The notes under the pieces were generated by a model. It worked only from the letters and a program-made list of their open reading frames with translations, did no database searches and was not told the origin of the DNA. A DNA stretch of 64,000 nt from Nitrososphaeria archaeon (lineage in GTDB: Archaea > Thermoproteota > Nitrososphaeria > Geothermarchaeales > JDFR-13), in assembly GCA_027078545.1 (NCBI GenBank), contig JALWXN010000004.1, forward strand, positions 992,001 to 1,056,000, written 5' to 3'. Positions within the stretch are counted from its first letter, which is position 1. Every line of letters starts with the position of its first letter. Below are positions 1 through 8,667 of the stretch, one piece after another. The translations under genes were made by a program, and so were the position numbers.

Positions 1-134
1 CCGCTGAGCCCAGCCTCCATCCACCTCTCCAGGGGGAGGCCCCTGATAAATACCTCCCCGCTATACCTGTTGAGGTGGAAGAGCCCCGTCTTGAGGAGGT
101 AGACCTCATCATCGATATGGAAGGGGCGGCTCAT
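1..134 (-). CDS. 5' end of a CDS running off the window (MSRPFHIDDEVYLLKTGLFHLNRYSGEVFIRGLPLERWMEAGLS...); product uncertain, weakly like the N-terminus of the diaminopimelate decarboxylase family
   Basis: ATG at 134-132, open to base 1, typical codon usage, AT-rich TATA-like element at 158-168. Confidence 0.6.
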   Translation of the reverse strand, partial: MSRPFHIDDEVYLLKTGLFHLNRYSGEVFIRGLPLERWMEAGLS

Positions 135-157
135 ACAACAAGGGATTATCCCCCGGG

Positions 158-168
158 TAATAATTATT
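158..168. promoter_or_regulatory. Candidate bidirectional TATA element
   Basis: TAATAATTATT lies about 25 nt from both the minus-strand ATG (134) and the sRNA 5' end (194). Confidence 0.45.
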
Positions 169-193
169 GGCTGGAGATGGGAAACAATATCTA

Positions 194-261
194 GGGGCCG
201 ATGAAGGTCTCCACCGATCCGAGCCGAACGGCTTTGAGGATAGTTGCACGTATGAGGCCCC
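194..261 (+). ncRNA. Box C/D 2'-O-methylation guide sRNA
   Basis: Terminal stem GGGGCC/GGCCCC, C-like CCGATGA, D' CCGA, hairpin spacer AGCCG-AA-CGGCT, C' TTGAGGA, D-like ATGA; guides complementary to CGGUGGAGRCC and ACGUGCAAYU. Confidence 0.75.
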
Positions 262-303
262 CATAAACCACCCATTTTTCAGTAACATCCAGGTGAATAC
301 ATC

Positions 304-1005
304 TTGGTGTCTGGCTTGAGCGACCCTATAAACAGCATCATCTCAAAGGCCCTAAGCGAGGGGAGGAAGGCCCTCCTCGAGCATGAGGCCCTCGAACTTG
401 CTAGGGCCGCTGAGATACCCACCCCTAGATACCTATTCACACCCCTCGGATCCAGGCCGGAGCCAGACTTCCCACCACCATATGTCCTCAAGATCGTCTC
501 CCCAGACATCATACACAAGTCCGACGTGGGTGGCGTCAGGCTAAACATAGGTGGCGACGAGCTTGAGAGGGAGGTCGGGGAACTAGTCGAGACCGTGAAG
601 AGGAACGCGCCCAACGCAGAGATCACTGGTGTGCTCGTCATGGAGATGGCTGAGGAGGGTGTCGAGACCCTAGTAGGGCTGACCAGGGACCCCCAGTTCG
701 GCCCGGTAGTAGCCTTCGGACTCGGGGGGATATTCGTCGAGATATATCGTGACGTGAGTTTCAGGCTGGCGCCAATCCCCATTGAGGAGGCGAGGGAGAT
801 GATCAGGGAGGTCAAGGCATACAAGATACTCAGCGGCTATAGGGGGAGGCCCCCAGCAGACATAGACGCATTGGCCGACGTGATTGTGAAGGTCTCACAG
901 CTGGGGGATAAGTATCCCGAGATCATGGAGATGGATATAAACCCATTGATAGCCTACCCAAGAGGGGCATTAGCCGTGGATGTGAGGGTGATACTGGGTG
1001 AGTAG
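304..1005 (+). CDS. acdB: Acyl-CoA synthetase (ADP-forming) beta subunit
   Basis: ATP-grasp motifs VLKIVSPDIIHKSDVGGV, DPQFGPVVAFGLGG, EMDINPL. Confidence 0.93.
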   Translation: MVSGLSDPINSIISKALSEGRKALLEHEALELARAAEIPTPRYLFTPLGSRPEPDFPPPYVLKIVSPDIIHKSDVGGVRLNIGGDELEREVGELVETVKRNAPNAEITGVLVMEMAEEGVETLVGLTRDPQFGPVVAFGLGGIFVEIYRDVSFRLAPIPIEEAREMIREVKAYKILSGYRGRPPADIDALADVIVKVSQLGDKYPEIMEMDINPLIAYPRGALAVDVRVILGE

Positions 1006-2386
1006 GCCCTGGCTAAAGGAGGCCCTAAAGAGGACACTATACCCAGACTCAGTAGCGGTTATAGGGGCCAGTAGGAGCCCCCGGAAGATAGGTTTCCAGG
1101 TGGTGTACAACCTCATCAAGGACGGCTTCAGGGGGAGGATATACCCGGTAAACCCCAATGCAGAGGAGATTATGGGGCTCAAGGCATACCCAAGCATAAC
1201 ATCCATCCCAGACGAGGTCGACGTGGCGGTAATAGCAATACCCGCTGAGAAGGTTAGGAGGGCTCTGAAGGGTAGTATAGAGAAGGGGGTCTCAGGAGTC
1301 GTAGTAATAACCTCTGGCTTCGCAGAAGTGGGTAGGGCCGAGGAGGAGAGGGAGCTCGTCAGGATGGCTGACGAGGCGGGGATAGCCCTCCTAGGACCCA
1401 ACGTCGTCGGCATACTCAACACCGACCACAATATGAACCTAAGCTTCTGCCCAAGCCTCCCCTACAGGGGGAGGATAACAATGGTCACTCAGAGCGGGGC
1501 CCTAGCAATAGGACTGGTCGGGTGGACATGGGCCAACAGGATAGGCCTCTCAAAGATGGTGAGCATAGGCAACATGGCCCAGATAGGCTTCGAGGAGATG
1601 CTGGAGTACCTAGAGGATGACGAAGACACAGAGACGATCCTCCTATACATGGAGAGCCTCAAGGATGGGAGGAGGTTCGTCGAGATAGCTAGGGAGGTCT
1701 CGAAGAAGAAGCCTATAGTGGCGATAAAGTCGGGTAGGAGCCAGCGGGGAGCCAAGGCTGCGATGAGCCACACAGGCAGCCTCGCCGGGGATGTTAAGCT
1801 ATACGATGTGGCATTCAGGGCAAGCGGGGTGATACCTGCATATGGCCTGGAGGACGGGTTCGACAAGGCTTTGGCGCTGCACCTACAGCCACCTATGAGG
1901 GGGCCCAACCTCGTAGTCGTAACCAACGGTGGCGGGGCTGGTGTACTGGCGTCGGACTTCGCCGAGGAGTATGGACTACCACTTAGGGACATGCCCCAGG
2001 ACCTGGAGAAGGAGGTTAGGAGGGCAATCTCACCCTTCGGAAGCCCGAAGAACCCTATAGACCTGACGGGCAACGCCTATAAGGAGGACTATATAGAGGT
2101 GCTTGACAAGGTCCTATCCCACCCCTGGGTGGACGGCGTCGTCGCGATATATGTACATGCAGCGATAACCGACCCCTACGAGATAGCGGATGGGATAGTC
2201 TCAATTGTTAGGAGGCACCCCGGTAAGCCAGTGATAATGTCCATGATAGGCGGTAGGGAGGTCTCGATAGCCAACACCTGGCTACGCGACAACGGGATAC
2301 CCGTATATCCAAGCCCTAGGAGGGCTGTAGCAGCTGCATCAGCCCTCTACCGCTATGGAGAGTTCCTAGAGAGGGTAGGCATGTGA
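998..2386 (+). CDS. acdA: Acyl-CoA synthetase (ADP-forming) alpha subunit
   Basis: SVAVIGAS CoA-binding fold, LLGPN, QSGA, phospho-His SHTGSLAG, TNGGG, NPIDLTG; overlaps the beta subunit gene. Confidence 0.93.
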   Translation: MSRPWLKEALKRTLYPDSVAVIGASRSPRKIGFQVVYNLIKDGFRGRIYPVNPNAEEIMGLKAYPSITSIPDEVDVAVIAIPAEKVRRALKGSIEKGVSGVVVITSGFAEVGRAEEERELVRMADEAGIALLGPNVVGILNTDHNMNLSFCPSLPYRGRITMVTQSGALAIGLVGWTWANRIGLSKMVSIGNMAQIGFEEMLEYLEDDEDTETILLYMESLKDGRRFVEIAREVSKKKPIVAIKSGRSQRGAKAAMSHTGSLAGDVKLYDVAFRASGVIPAYGLEDGFDKALALHLQPPMRGPNLVVVTNGGGAGVLASDFAEEYGLPLRDMPQDLEKEVRRAISPFGSPKNPIDLTGNAYKEDYIEVLDKVLSHPWVDGVVAIYVHAAITDPYEIADGIVSIVRRHPGKPVIMSMIGGREVSIANTWLRDNGIPVYPSPRRAVAAASALYRYGEFLERVGM

Positions 2387-2967
2387 AGACCTGGCTCCTC
2401 GAGAGGGCTAGACACCTGGAGAAGCTCGGAAAAGCCCTTGAGAAGGGGCTAGTTGATGAGGGTGTGATCCCCATACTAGAGGCCGTAAACAGGTGTAGCA
2501 GCTACGTCACTAAGAGCAGCTGCTACGGCAGGATACATATTACACAGGAGGAGAGCCTGATAAAGAAGGGACGGGGGAAGACCCTGTTAAAGATACATGG
2601 GCCAATAAGCCTCGACAAGGTGGAGGAGGCGCTGGAGAAGGCCCGTGGCGGCGTAGTGTGGATGAACGTAGAGGGGACCATACTACACATCGCCGCGGAG
2701 GACCTAGGAAAGGCCGTGGAGCTCCTAGGCATAGCCATCGAGGCCGGATATAGATACTCAAGCATATACAGCATAGGGGGCCGTGGAGTGACTGTGGAGA
2801 TACTCCTAGCCCCAAAGTATAGCATACCACTCAGGGCATGGGGAGAAGATATACTGGGGAAGGAGGAGATCCAGGAGGCGCTTAGATACGCGGAGAGACT
2901 CTTCGGAGAGGCTGAGAAGGCTAGACACAGGTTTTTAACCATACTAGGGGAATTGGGGTGTGAATAG
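2383..2967 (+). CDS. taw3: tRNA wyosine methyltransferase Taw3/TYW3 family
   Basis: GLVDEGVIPILEAVN..YVTKSSCYGRI, K-x-H, ILHI, AGYRYS motifs. Confidence 0.8.
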   Translation: MKTWLLERARHLEKLGKALEKGLVDEGVIPILEAVNRCSSYVTKSSCYGRIHITQEESLIKKGRGKTLLKIHGPISLDKVEEALEKARGGVVWMNVEGTILHIAAEDLGKAVELLGIAIEAGYRYSSIYSIGGRGVTVEILLAPKYSIPLRAWGEDILGKEEIQEALRYAERLFGEAEKARHRFLTILGELGCE

Positions 2968-2969
2968 CG

Positions 2970-4055
2970 ATGATACGCCTAGCCGAGCCATACATCAGCG
3001 ATGAGATTAAGGAGAAGATACTTGAGGTGATAGACTCTAAGCAGTATGTCGATGGCCGTTACACTAGGGAGTTCGAGGAGAGATTTGCAGGTTACATAGG
3101 CGTGAAACACGCAGTAGCTGTCTCCAGCGGGACATCAGCACTCTTCCTCATACTAAGGGCCCTAGGAATAGGTAGGGGGGACAAGGTAGCTGTACCCTCA
3201 TTCACATTCATAGCAACCGTCTCGCAGGCCGTCGAGCTGGGGGCGGAGCCAGTATTCATCGATGTAGACCCCGAGACCATGACCCTCGACCCAGCCGACC
3301 TCGAGAAGAAATTAGACTCCAGCGTCAAGGCGGTGATACCTGTACACCTATTCGGACACCCAGCGGATCTAGACCCGATTATAGAGGTCGCCGAGAAGCA
3401 TGGGGCCCACCTAATAGAGGACGCTGCACAGGCACATGGAGCAAGGTATAGGGGTAGACGAGTAGGGGGGATAGGCCACGTGGGATACTTCAGCCTATAC
3501 CCCTCCAAGAACATGGGTGTATATGGCGAGGGGGGAGTAATAACCACGAATGACGATGAGCTGGCTGAGCGGATAAGGAGCCTCAAGAACCACGGGATAA
3601 GGAATGGCGAGTTCGTGATGTTCGGATACAACATGAAGTTCAACGAGATAGGGGCGGTGGTGGCTCTCGAGCAGCTCAGGCTCCTTGACAGCTGGAATGA
3701 GCGGCGTAGGGAGAACGCGTCGATCTATACAGAGGCCTTTGGAGACTTAGAGCTCGAGACACCGATCGAGAAGGAATGGGCATACCACGTCTACAACCTA
3801 TACACCCTGAAGACCAGTGCCAGGGATGGGATTAGAGAGGCCCTCAGTAAGAGGGGCGTGGCTACAGGGATATACTACGACCGGCCTGTACACACACTCA
3901 ATATTGTGAGGGAGAGGTTTGGATACACGAAACTACCCATCACCGAAGAGCTTGCCAAGAGGGTGATAAGCCTACCCGTCCACCCAATGCTTACAAGGGA
4001 CGACCTCGAAAGAGTTATAGACGGTGTTAGAGAGGCTCTCCAGACTCCTCCCTAG
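2970..4055 (+). CDS. DegT/DnrJ/EryC1/StrS family nucleotide-sugar aminotransferase
   Basis: SSGTSAL, IPVHLFG, IEDAAQAHG, FSLYPSKNMG PLP lysine, GEGG. Confidence 0.92.
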   Translation: MIRLAEPYISDEIKEKILEVIDSKQYVDGRYTREFEERFAGYIGVKHAVAVSSGTSALFLILRALGIGRGDKVAVPSFTFIATVSQAVELGAEPVFIDVDPETMTLDPADLEKKLDSSVKAVIPVHLFGHPADLDPIIEVAEKHGAHLIEDAAQAHGARYRGRRVGGIGHVGYFSLYPSKNMGVYGEGGVITTNDDELAERIRSLKNHGIRNGEFVMFGYNMKFNEIGAVVALEQLRLLDSWNERRRENASIYTEAFGDLELETPIEKEWAYHVYNLYTLKTSARDGIREALSKRGVATGIYYDRPVHTLNIVRERFGYTKLPITEELAKRVISLPVHPMLTRDDLERVIDGVREALQTPP

Positions 4056-5208
4056 ACGCCTCAGCACTCCTAACCTCTTCACCAGCAGGGACGGGCCCAG
4101 TCTCGACAAGCTCCCTAACCATATCGACCTCATGGTGGACACCGTTCACCATGAACACTAGGAGACCATCATTACTGGCAACCTCACGTAACATGTCCTC
4201 AGGCTCCAGGTCATAGAACTCTACAGCCTTACCACCCAGGACCTCCTTCACCTTCCTATAATACCTACCAGCGAGGAAGACCTTCTCCACACGGGTATCC
4301 CTAAAGATATCCTCGAAGAAGGGGATGAAGAACCTGGTCCTATCCGCCCTGTCACCCCTGAAATACGCGAAGATGTAGATCGGGCCGGAGTAGTTCCTCT
4401 TCAAGTAGTTGTAGACCATCCTCGTAGATGATGGGTCGTTCACCTTGGCGATATCTATATACTTGAAGCCCCAGGGACTATACCTCGGCCTAAGCCTAGC
4501 CATGATATGATGCACAATATGGTTGAACTCAGCCATTGAGAGGGGCTCCATACCCATTATGTCTAGGAGCTCCTGCACAATGTATACCCTCTCGATACCC
4601 AGGATATCCAGCTGCCCCTCAGGGACATCCACAACCCTAAGCTCAACCCCATACTTTATCGCATACTCCTCAAGGATGGGGTACGTCGCCTCAAAATTCT
4701 CCCTAATCGTCTCAGCGTAGATGACATACTCGAGGTCGTAGAACTGGCTCGCAAAGGTGTGAGCCATCTCCTCCAGAGTCTCACCAAGCTCGGCATGCTC
4801 AAGCCTGATGTTTGGGATGATCTCTATATTAGGCCTAAAGATCCTATGTATAACACCGTTTGTATACTTCCTGATACTCTGGTTCTCAAACACATAGATA
4901 TCCGCGGGGAACTCTGCAATAATGCCCCCGTTCTCCCAGTCCAGCATAGGGTTCTTAGGCTTATCCCCCCTATCGATAACCCACTCCTCACCATCATATC
5001 TAAAGCGGGGCCTATCACCAGTCACCTTACCAAGAACCTTTACCCCCGACTCCCCCAGCCTATTATAAAGTATGTCATAGATATCGAGGACCAGGCCCGT
5101 CTTTCCCCTGCTACCAGATACGAGTACCCTATAGATCGACTTTCTAAGGTTCTCCCTATATCTGGCCAGCATCCCGTTGGCCAATGGCCGTACCCTGTAA
5201 ATATTCAA
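4027..5208 (-). CDS. capB: CapB/PgsB-like poly-gamma-glutamate synthase (Mur-ligase family)
   Basis: P-loop VSGSRGKT, GKVTG, NIRLEH, VNDPSST, RGDRADRT; GGAGGT SD before the TTG; downstream of a capC-like gene. Confidence 0.75.
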   Translation of the reverse strand: MNIYRVRPLANGMLARYRENLRKSIYRVLVSGSRGKTGLVLDIYDILYNRLGESGVKVLGKVTGDRPRFRYDGEEWVIDRGDKPKNPMLDWENGGIIAEFPADIYVFENQSIRKYTNGVIHRIFRPNIEIIPNIRLEHAELGETLEEMAHTFASQFYDLEYVIYAETIRENFEATYPILEEYAIKYGVELRVVDVPEGQLDILGIERVYIVQELLDIMGMEPLSMAEFNHIVHHIMARLRPRYSPWGFKYIDIAKVNDPSSTRMVYNYLKRNYSGPIYIFAYFRGDRADRTRFFIPFFEDIFRDTRVEKVFLAGRYYRKVKEVLGGKAVEFYDLEPEDMLREVASNDGLLVFMVNGVHHEVDMVRELVETGPVPAGEEVRSAEASREESGEPL

Positions 5209-5262
5209 TTCTGAGTTACCTCCCTGGCTCTACGGGGGCGTTAGGATAGTAATGTCTTACAA

Positions 5263-5275
5263 TAAATATATAAAT
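5263..5275 (-). promoter_or_regulatory. TATA-like element upstream of capB
   Basis: ATTTATATATTTA on the minus strand about 55 nt upstream of the capB TTG, followed by an SD. Confidence 0.4.
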
Positions 5276-5295
5276 CAGTCGCTATTAGGAGCGAG

Positions 5296-5769
5296 TTATA
5301 TGGTTATGACCCCAGCCATGAGGTATATTATGAAGGCTATCAACATGACTGTTAGAAACTCGGCCATCCAGACCAAGACAGGCCTAAGGTAGTCACCATT
5401 CGAGACGATCTCCTTATGCATGTTATAGGCTATGATCCCTCCAATAAGTGAGGTGAAGGCCGAGGATATCTGTGTACCCACCCAGTTATAGGTGCTTAGG
5501 AAGACGATCATGCTGATAAATGCAGCCACATAGAATGCACGCCTACCGTATATCAAGTACCTGTCATGGACAATCTCGAGTGCAACCACCGCCAGGGATA
5601 TGGCGAGGCCTGTGGAGAGGATTATCGCGGGCTCCTTAACCACATAGATTACGAGGAAGGGGGTGGCTATCACACCTCCTACAGCGGTCCTATACTTGAT
5701 ATAGTAGAGATAACCAACGACAAAGCCTACCATGAGGACTAGTATGTCTAGGGCCAAGACATGTTCCAT
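5296..5769 (-). CDS. capC: CapC/PgsC-like poly-gamma-glutamate biosynthesis membrane protein
   Basis: About 150 aa, hydrophobic, GGVIATPFLVIY, LIYGRR, GGIIAYN motifs; adjacent to capB. Confidence 0.75.
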   Translation of the reverse strand: MEHVLALDILVLMVGFVVGYLYYIKYRTAVGGVIATPFLVIYVVKEPAIILSTGLAISLAVVALEIVHDRYLIYGRRAFYVAAFISMIVFLSTYNWVGTQISSAFTSLIGGIIAYNMHKEIVSNGDYLRPVLVWMAEFLTVMLIAFIIYLMAGVITI

Positions 5770-5857
5770 GGTTACACCTTCCTCCCCACCTCAATATAGC
5801 CCCATAAATATAAGGATGAGCCTCATATATCACACACCCAGATACACCTAGACAGGG

Positions 5858-6403
5858 ATGAGGATAATAGTATATGCAGACCCCATAGAGATAGGTAGGG
5901 AAGACGTGAGGGAGGCCCTCTCAAACGCGGGTATAGATGCTGGACACGTCATCCTAAGGAGGGACTACGACCATATAGAGATAGACATCGAGACCGATGC
6001 AGAGGTCCAGGAGGTCCTAGAAGCTATTCGGAGCATCGGGGTCAGGCCCCACAGGGTATCCTTGATAGAGGAGGGGGAGAACGACCTGGATATAGACCCT
6101 ATCCAGACCTTCCTAGAATACTTTACAAGGGGATGGTTCTGGGAGATCCATGAGAAGCTCGAGAAGGTATGGAGGAGGAGTGGCGACCCCTTCCTAAGAG
6201 GCCTAATACTTGCTACGATACCCTACGTCAAGCAGCAGATGGGGCAGTACGACAGGATATGGCAGGCGATCGAGAGGCTTGAGAGATACGCAACGGAGAC
6301 CGGCGATGAACGGCTAACCTGTCTAGCAAAGGAGATAAAGAAGGGTTATAGAGACTGTAGGCTTACCCGTATAGACCCGGGGAGATGCCTCTCTAGACCT
6401 TGA
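5858..6403 (+). CDS. DUF309-domain protein with an N-terminal ferredoxin/ACT-like extension
   Basis: FWEIHEKLEKVW...RGLI matches the DUF309 HExLExxW signature. Confidence 0.65.
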   Translation: MRIIVYADPIEIGREDVREALSNAGIDAGHVILRRDYDHIEIDIETDAEVQEVLEAIRSIGVRPHRVSLIEEGENDLDIDPIQTFLEYFTRGWFWEIHEKLEKVWRRSGDPFLRGLILATIPYVKQQMGQYDRIWQAIERLERYATETGDERLTCLAKEIKKGYRDCRLTRIDPGRCLSRP

Positions 6404-6566
6404 CCTCCGCCTGTGGAGCCTTGAACCCAATCTTTGCATGTGTCCCGTCGCAGAAAGGCTTCTTGTTACTCCCGCCACACCTACATAGGGCGGCCACGAC
6501 CTTACCCTCCTTCATGACCAGGTATGGCCCGTTCTCCTTAGCCAGGATGACTATGTCCTCCACCAT
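6393..6566 (-). CDS. CDGSH iron-sulfur (2Fe-2S, mitoNEET-like) small protein, 57 aa; missing from the ORF track
   Basis: MVEDIVILAKENGPYLVMKEGKVVAALCRCGGSNKKPFCDGTHAKIGFKAPQAEVKV; GGTGA SD upstream. Confidence 0.92.
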   Translation of the reverse strand: MVEDIVILAKENGPYLVMKEGKVVAALCRCGGSNKKPFCDGTHAKIGFKAPQAEVKV

Positions 6567-6613
6567 ATAACCATCACCAAATAGTTAGTAGCACTACAAA
6601 CTATTTATTGTCC

Positions 6614-6973
6614 TCAGGACATCTGCTTTATCCACTCACCCACGATGTCATAGCCATATAGCTCCTCCAGCATCTTCCTACCCTCCTCAGTGATCTTCGC
6701 AGGTGTCCATGGAGGCTCCATGACCAGCTCGACATTCACCTCCCAGTCCTCGCCAAGAGCCTCCTTGATAGCAGCCTCCGCATCGTCGATTATGGCGTAT
6801 GCCACTGGGCAGCCTATCGAGGTTATCGTCATATCCACATGTACCTTCTTGTTCTCCACGTCTATATCGATCTTGTATACCAGGCCGAGGTCATACACGT
6901 TCACAGGGATCTCGGGGTCATGGACCTTCCTCAGCGCCTCTATAATCTTCTTCTCAACCTCAGCCTTATCCAT
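6614..6973 (-). CDS. sufT: DUF59/SufT (MIP18) Fe-S cluster assembly protein
   Basis: DPEIPVNVYDLGLVY, MTITSIGCP, PPWTP; start reassigned to MDKAEV. Confidence 0.88.
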   Translation of the reverse strand: MDKAEVEKKIIEALRKVHDPEIPVNVYDLGLVYKIDIDVENKKVHVDMTITSIGCPVAYAIIDDAEAAIKEALGEDWEVNVELVMEPPWTPAKITEEGRKMLEELYGYDIVGEWIKQMS

Positions 6974-7057
6974 CCTCTCCCCCACCCTATTCCATAACCC
7001 TGTTATATCATATAAACCGGGCAAGCTATTTTTGACAGGTAATATAATATATGTACT

Positions 7058-8203
7058 ATGCCTGGGGATGAGGAGATCCTACCCATCAAGGGGGACGAGA
7101 AGCTGCTAACCGACCCAGTCCTCATACACAACGGGAGGATATACAAGAGGGTCGACTTCGGCTGGGAGAAGGATATATCCGCGTATCTCCAGAGGAATAA
7201 GAAGATCCTCAGCAGGATCTTCGGCGAGGGGAGCATATTCATACCGACGGAGAGGATCATAGGGAAGAGTAGCAAGATAATGACTGATGCCCTCCTCCTA
7301 AAGACTGGTAGGAACAGGATGGAGATATGGGTGGTAGAGGTAGACATGCTGAGGCACGGCGTGAATAGCCACATCAAGGACCAGGTATTGAAGATGAACG
7401 AGGCACTGAAGCAGGTCGACCCGGCATCACTAGCCTTCAAGATCTACGAGGAGCTTAGACGTAACAGATACATGTTCCAGAAGATCAGGGAGGAGGTCCT
7501 GGGCCAGAGGAGGGATAAGGAGGATCTACTCCCCAAGATCAAGGAGGCGGTGGAGAAGATGTCCCAGAACATTATACTGATCATCGACAAGGTCAACACC
7601 GACCTCCTAAGGGCTGTAGAGGAGATTAGGAAGAGTAGGAGGAACGTCGAGCTGATCATTATACAGCGCTTCGTCGACATAGACAAGGTGGATGGAGACG
7701 GGTCAGAAATATTCCTAATCACCCCACTGAGGGGGAGTGAGGCGGAGAAGACCAGGATAGATACTAAGAGCCTAGTTAAGAGGAGGATGGATAAGTATTG
7801 GAACACGACCCTCAAGGAGGTCCGTAGACTAGGCTGCGAAACCAAGAGGAAGGAGGTGAAGAAGACCAGGTACTACATAGCAGTTGTAGAGGATAGGCCA
7901 ATACTCGTGATGAGGAAGATGAGGAAGAAGGGTGGAGTGGAGGTATGGATAGACACCGAGCTCGTCGACGACGAGACTATTAGGGAGCTCTCAATACCCA
8001 GGAGGATAGTCAAGACCGGTAGGAGCAAGCTATTCAAGAAGCTCCTCGAGGACAAGACGTGGAGGGAGGCCTACAACTTCACCAGTAAGGAGGTACCCAT
8101 ACCCCGCATGCTAGAGCTGCTCAAGAGGGCTATAGAGAGGGTTAGGAAGACTGGAGACGCCGAAGCTCCTCAAGAACCTCATCAACATGTCCAGCAACCC
8201 TGA
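7058..8203 (+). CDS. Hypothetical protein with an N-terminal PD-(D/E)XK-like nuclease domain
   Basis: E..(EKDI) ...IFG..SIFI...TDALLL...WVVEVD...H...HI..Q pattern; basic C-terminal domain. Confidence 0.5.
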   Translation: MPGDEEILPIKGDEKLLTDPVLIHNGRIYKRVDFGWEKDISAYLQRNKKILSRIFGEGSIFIPTERIIGKSSKIMTDALLLKTGRNRMEIWVVEVDMLRHGVNSHIKDQVLKMNEALKQVDPASLAFKIYEELRRNRYMFQKIREEVLGQRRDKEDLLPKIKEAVEKMSQNIILIIDKVNTDLLRAVEEIRKSRRNVELIIIQRFVDIDKVDGDGSEIFLITPLRGSEAEKTRIDTKSLVKRRMDKYWNTTLKEVRRLGCETKRKEVKKTRYYIAVVEDRPILVMRKMRKKGGVEVWIDTELVDDETIRELSIPRRIVKTGRSKLFKKLLEDKTWREAYNFTSKEVPIPRMLELLKRAIERVRKTGDAEAPQEPHQHVQQP

Positions 8204-8618
8204 CGTTCCTCCATATCCTCCTGATCCTACCCTCAGGGTCTATCAGGAAGGTCGACCTTATCACGCCCAGATACTCCCTACCAAACCTCTTCTTGATCCC
8301 CAGGACGCCATACATCTCCAGGACCCTCCTCTCCACATCGCTGAGCAGTACGACCTTCAACCCATGCTTCTCCCTAAACCTCCTATGACTCTCGACAGGG
8401 TCTGGACTCACACCTATCACCACGGCACCGAGGCTGAGGAAGTCGTTTAGCCTACTGGTGAAGTCCACAGCCTCACGGGTACAGCCAGAGGTATTGTCCT
8501 TGGGGTAGAAGTATAGGACTACCCACCTACCCCTGAAGTCTCTTAGACAGACCTCCCTACCCTCATCCGATGGTAGGCAGAAGTCTGGGGCCTCCATACC
8601 CTCAACGACAGTCGCCAC
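8142..8618 (-). CDS. bcp: Peroxiredoxin Bcp/PrxQ
   Basis: VLYFYPKDNTSGCTREA, GVSPD, RSTFLID; likely GTG start at 8618. Confidence 0.93.
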   Translation of the reverse strand: MATVVEGMEAPDFCLPSDEGREVCLRDFRGRWVVLYFYPKDNTSGCTREAVDFTSRLNDFLSLGAVVIGVSPDPVESHRRFREKHGLKVVLLSDVERRVLEMYGVLGIKKRFGREYLGVIRSTFLIDPEGRIRRIWRNVRVAGHVDEVLEELRRLQSS

Positions 8619-8667
8619 TATACCCACCACATAGCTATATGGATGGGGCTGGATAGAAAAATCGGGG

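Noticed and set aside
251-300. ATGAGGCCCCCATAAACC resembles the start of a fluoride riboswitch
   Set aside because: No GGCGATG stem and no downstream GATGRCYTCTAC pseudoknot strand; better explained as the 3' end of the C/D sRNA
2970-5769. DegT aminotransferase as part of the capBC locus
   Set aside because: Convergent orientation and coupled to the acd-taw3 operon; no glycosyltransferases nearby to define a shared pathway
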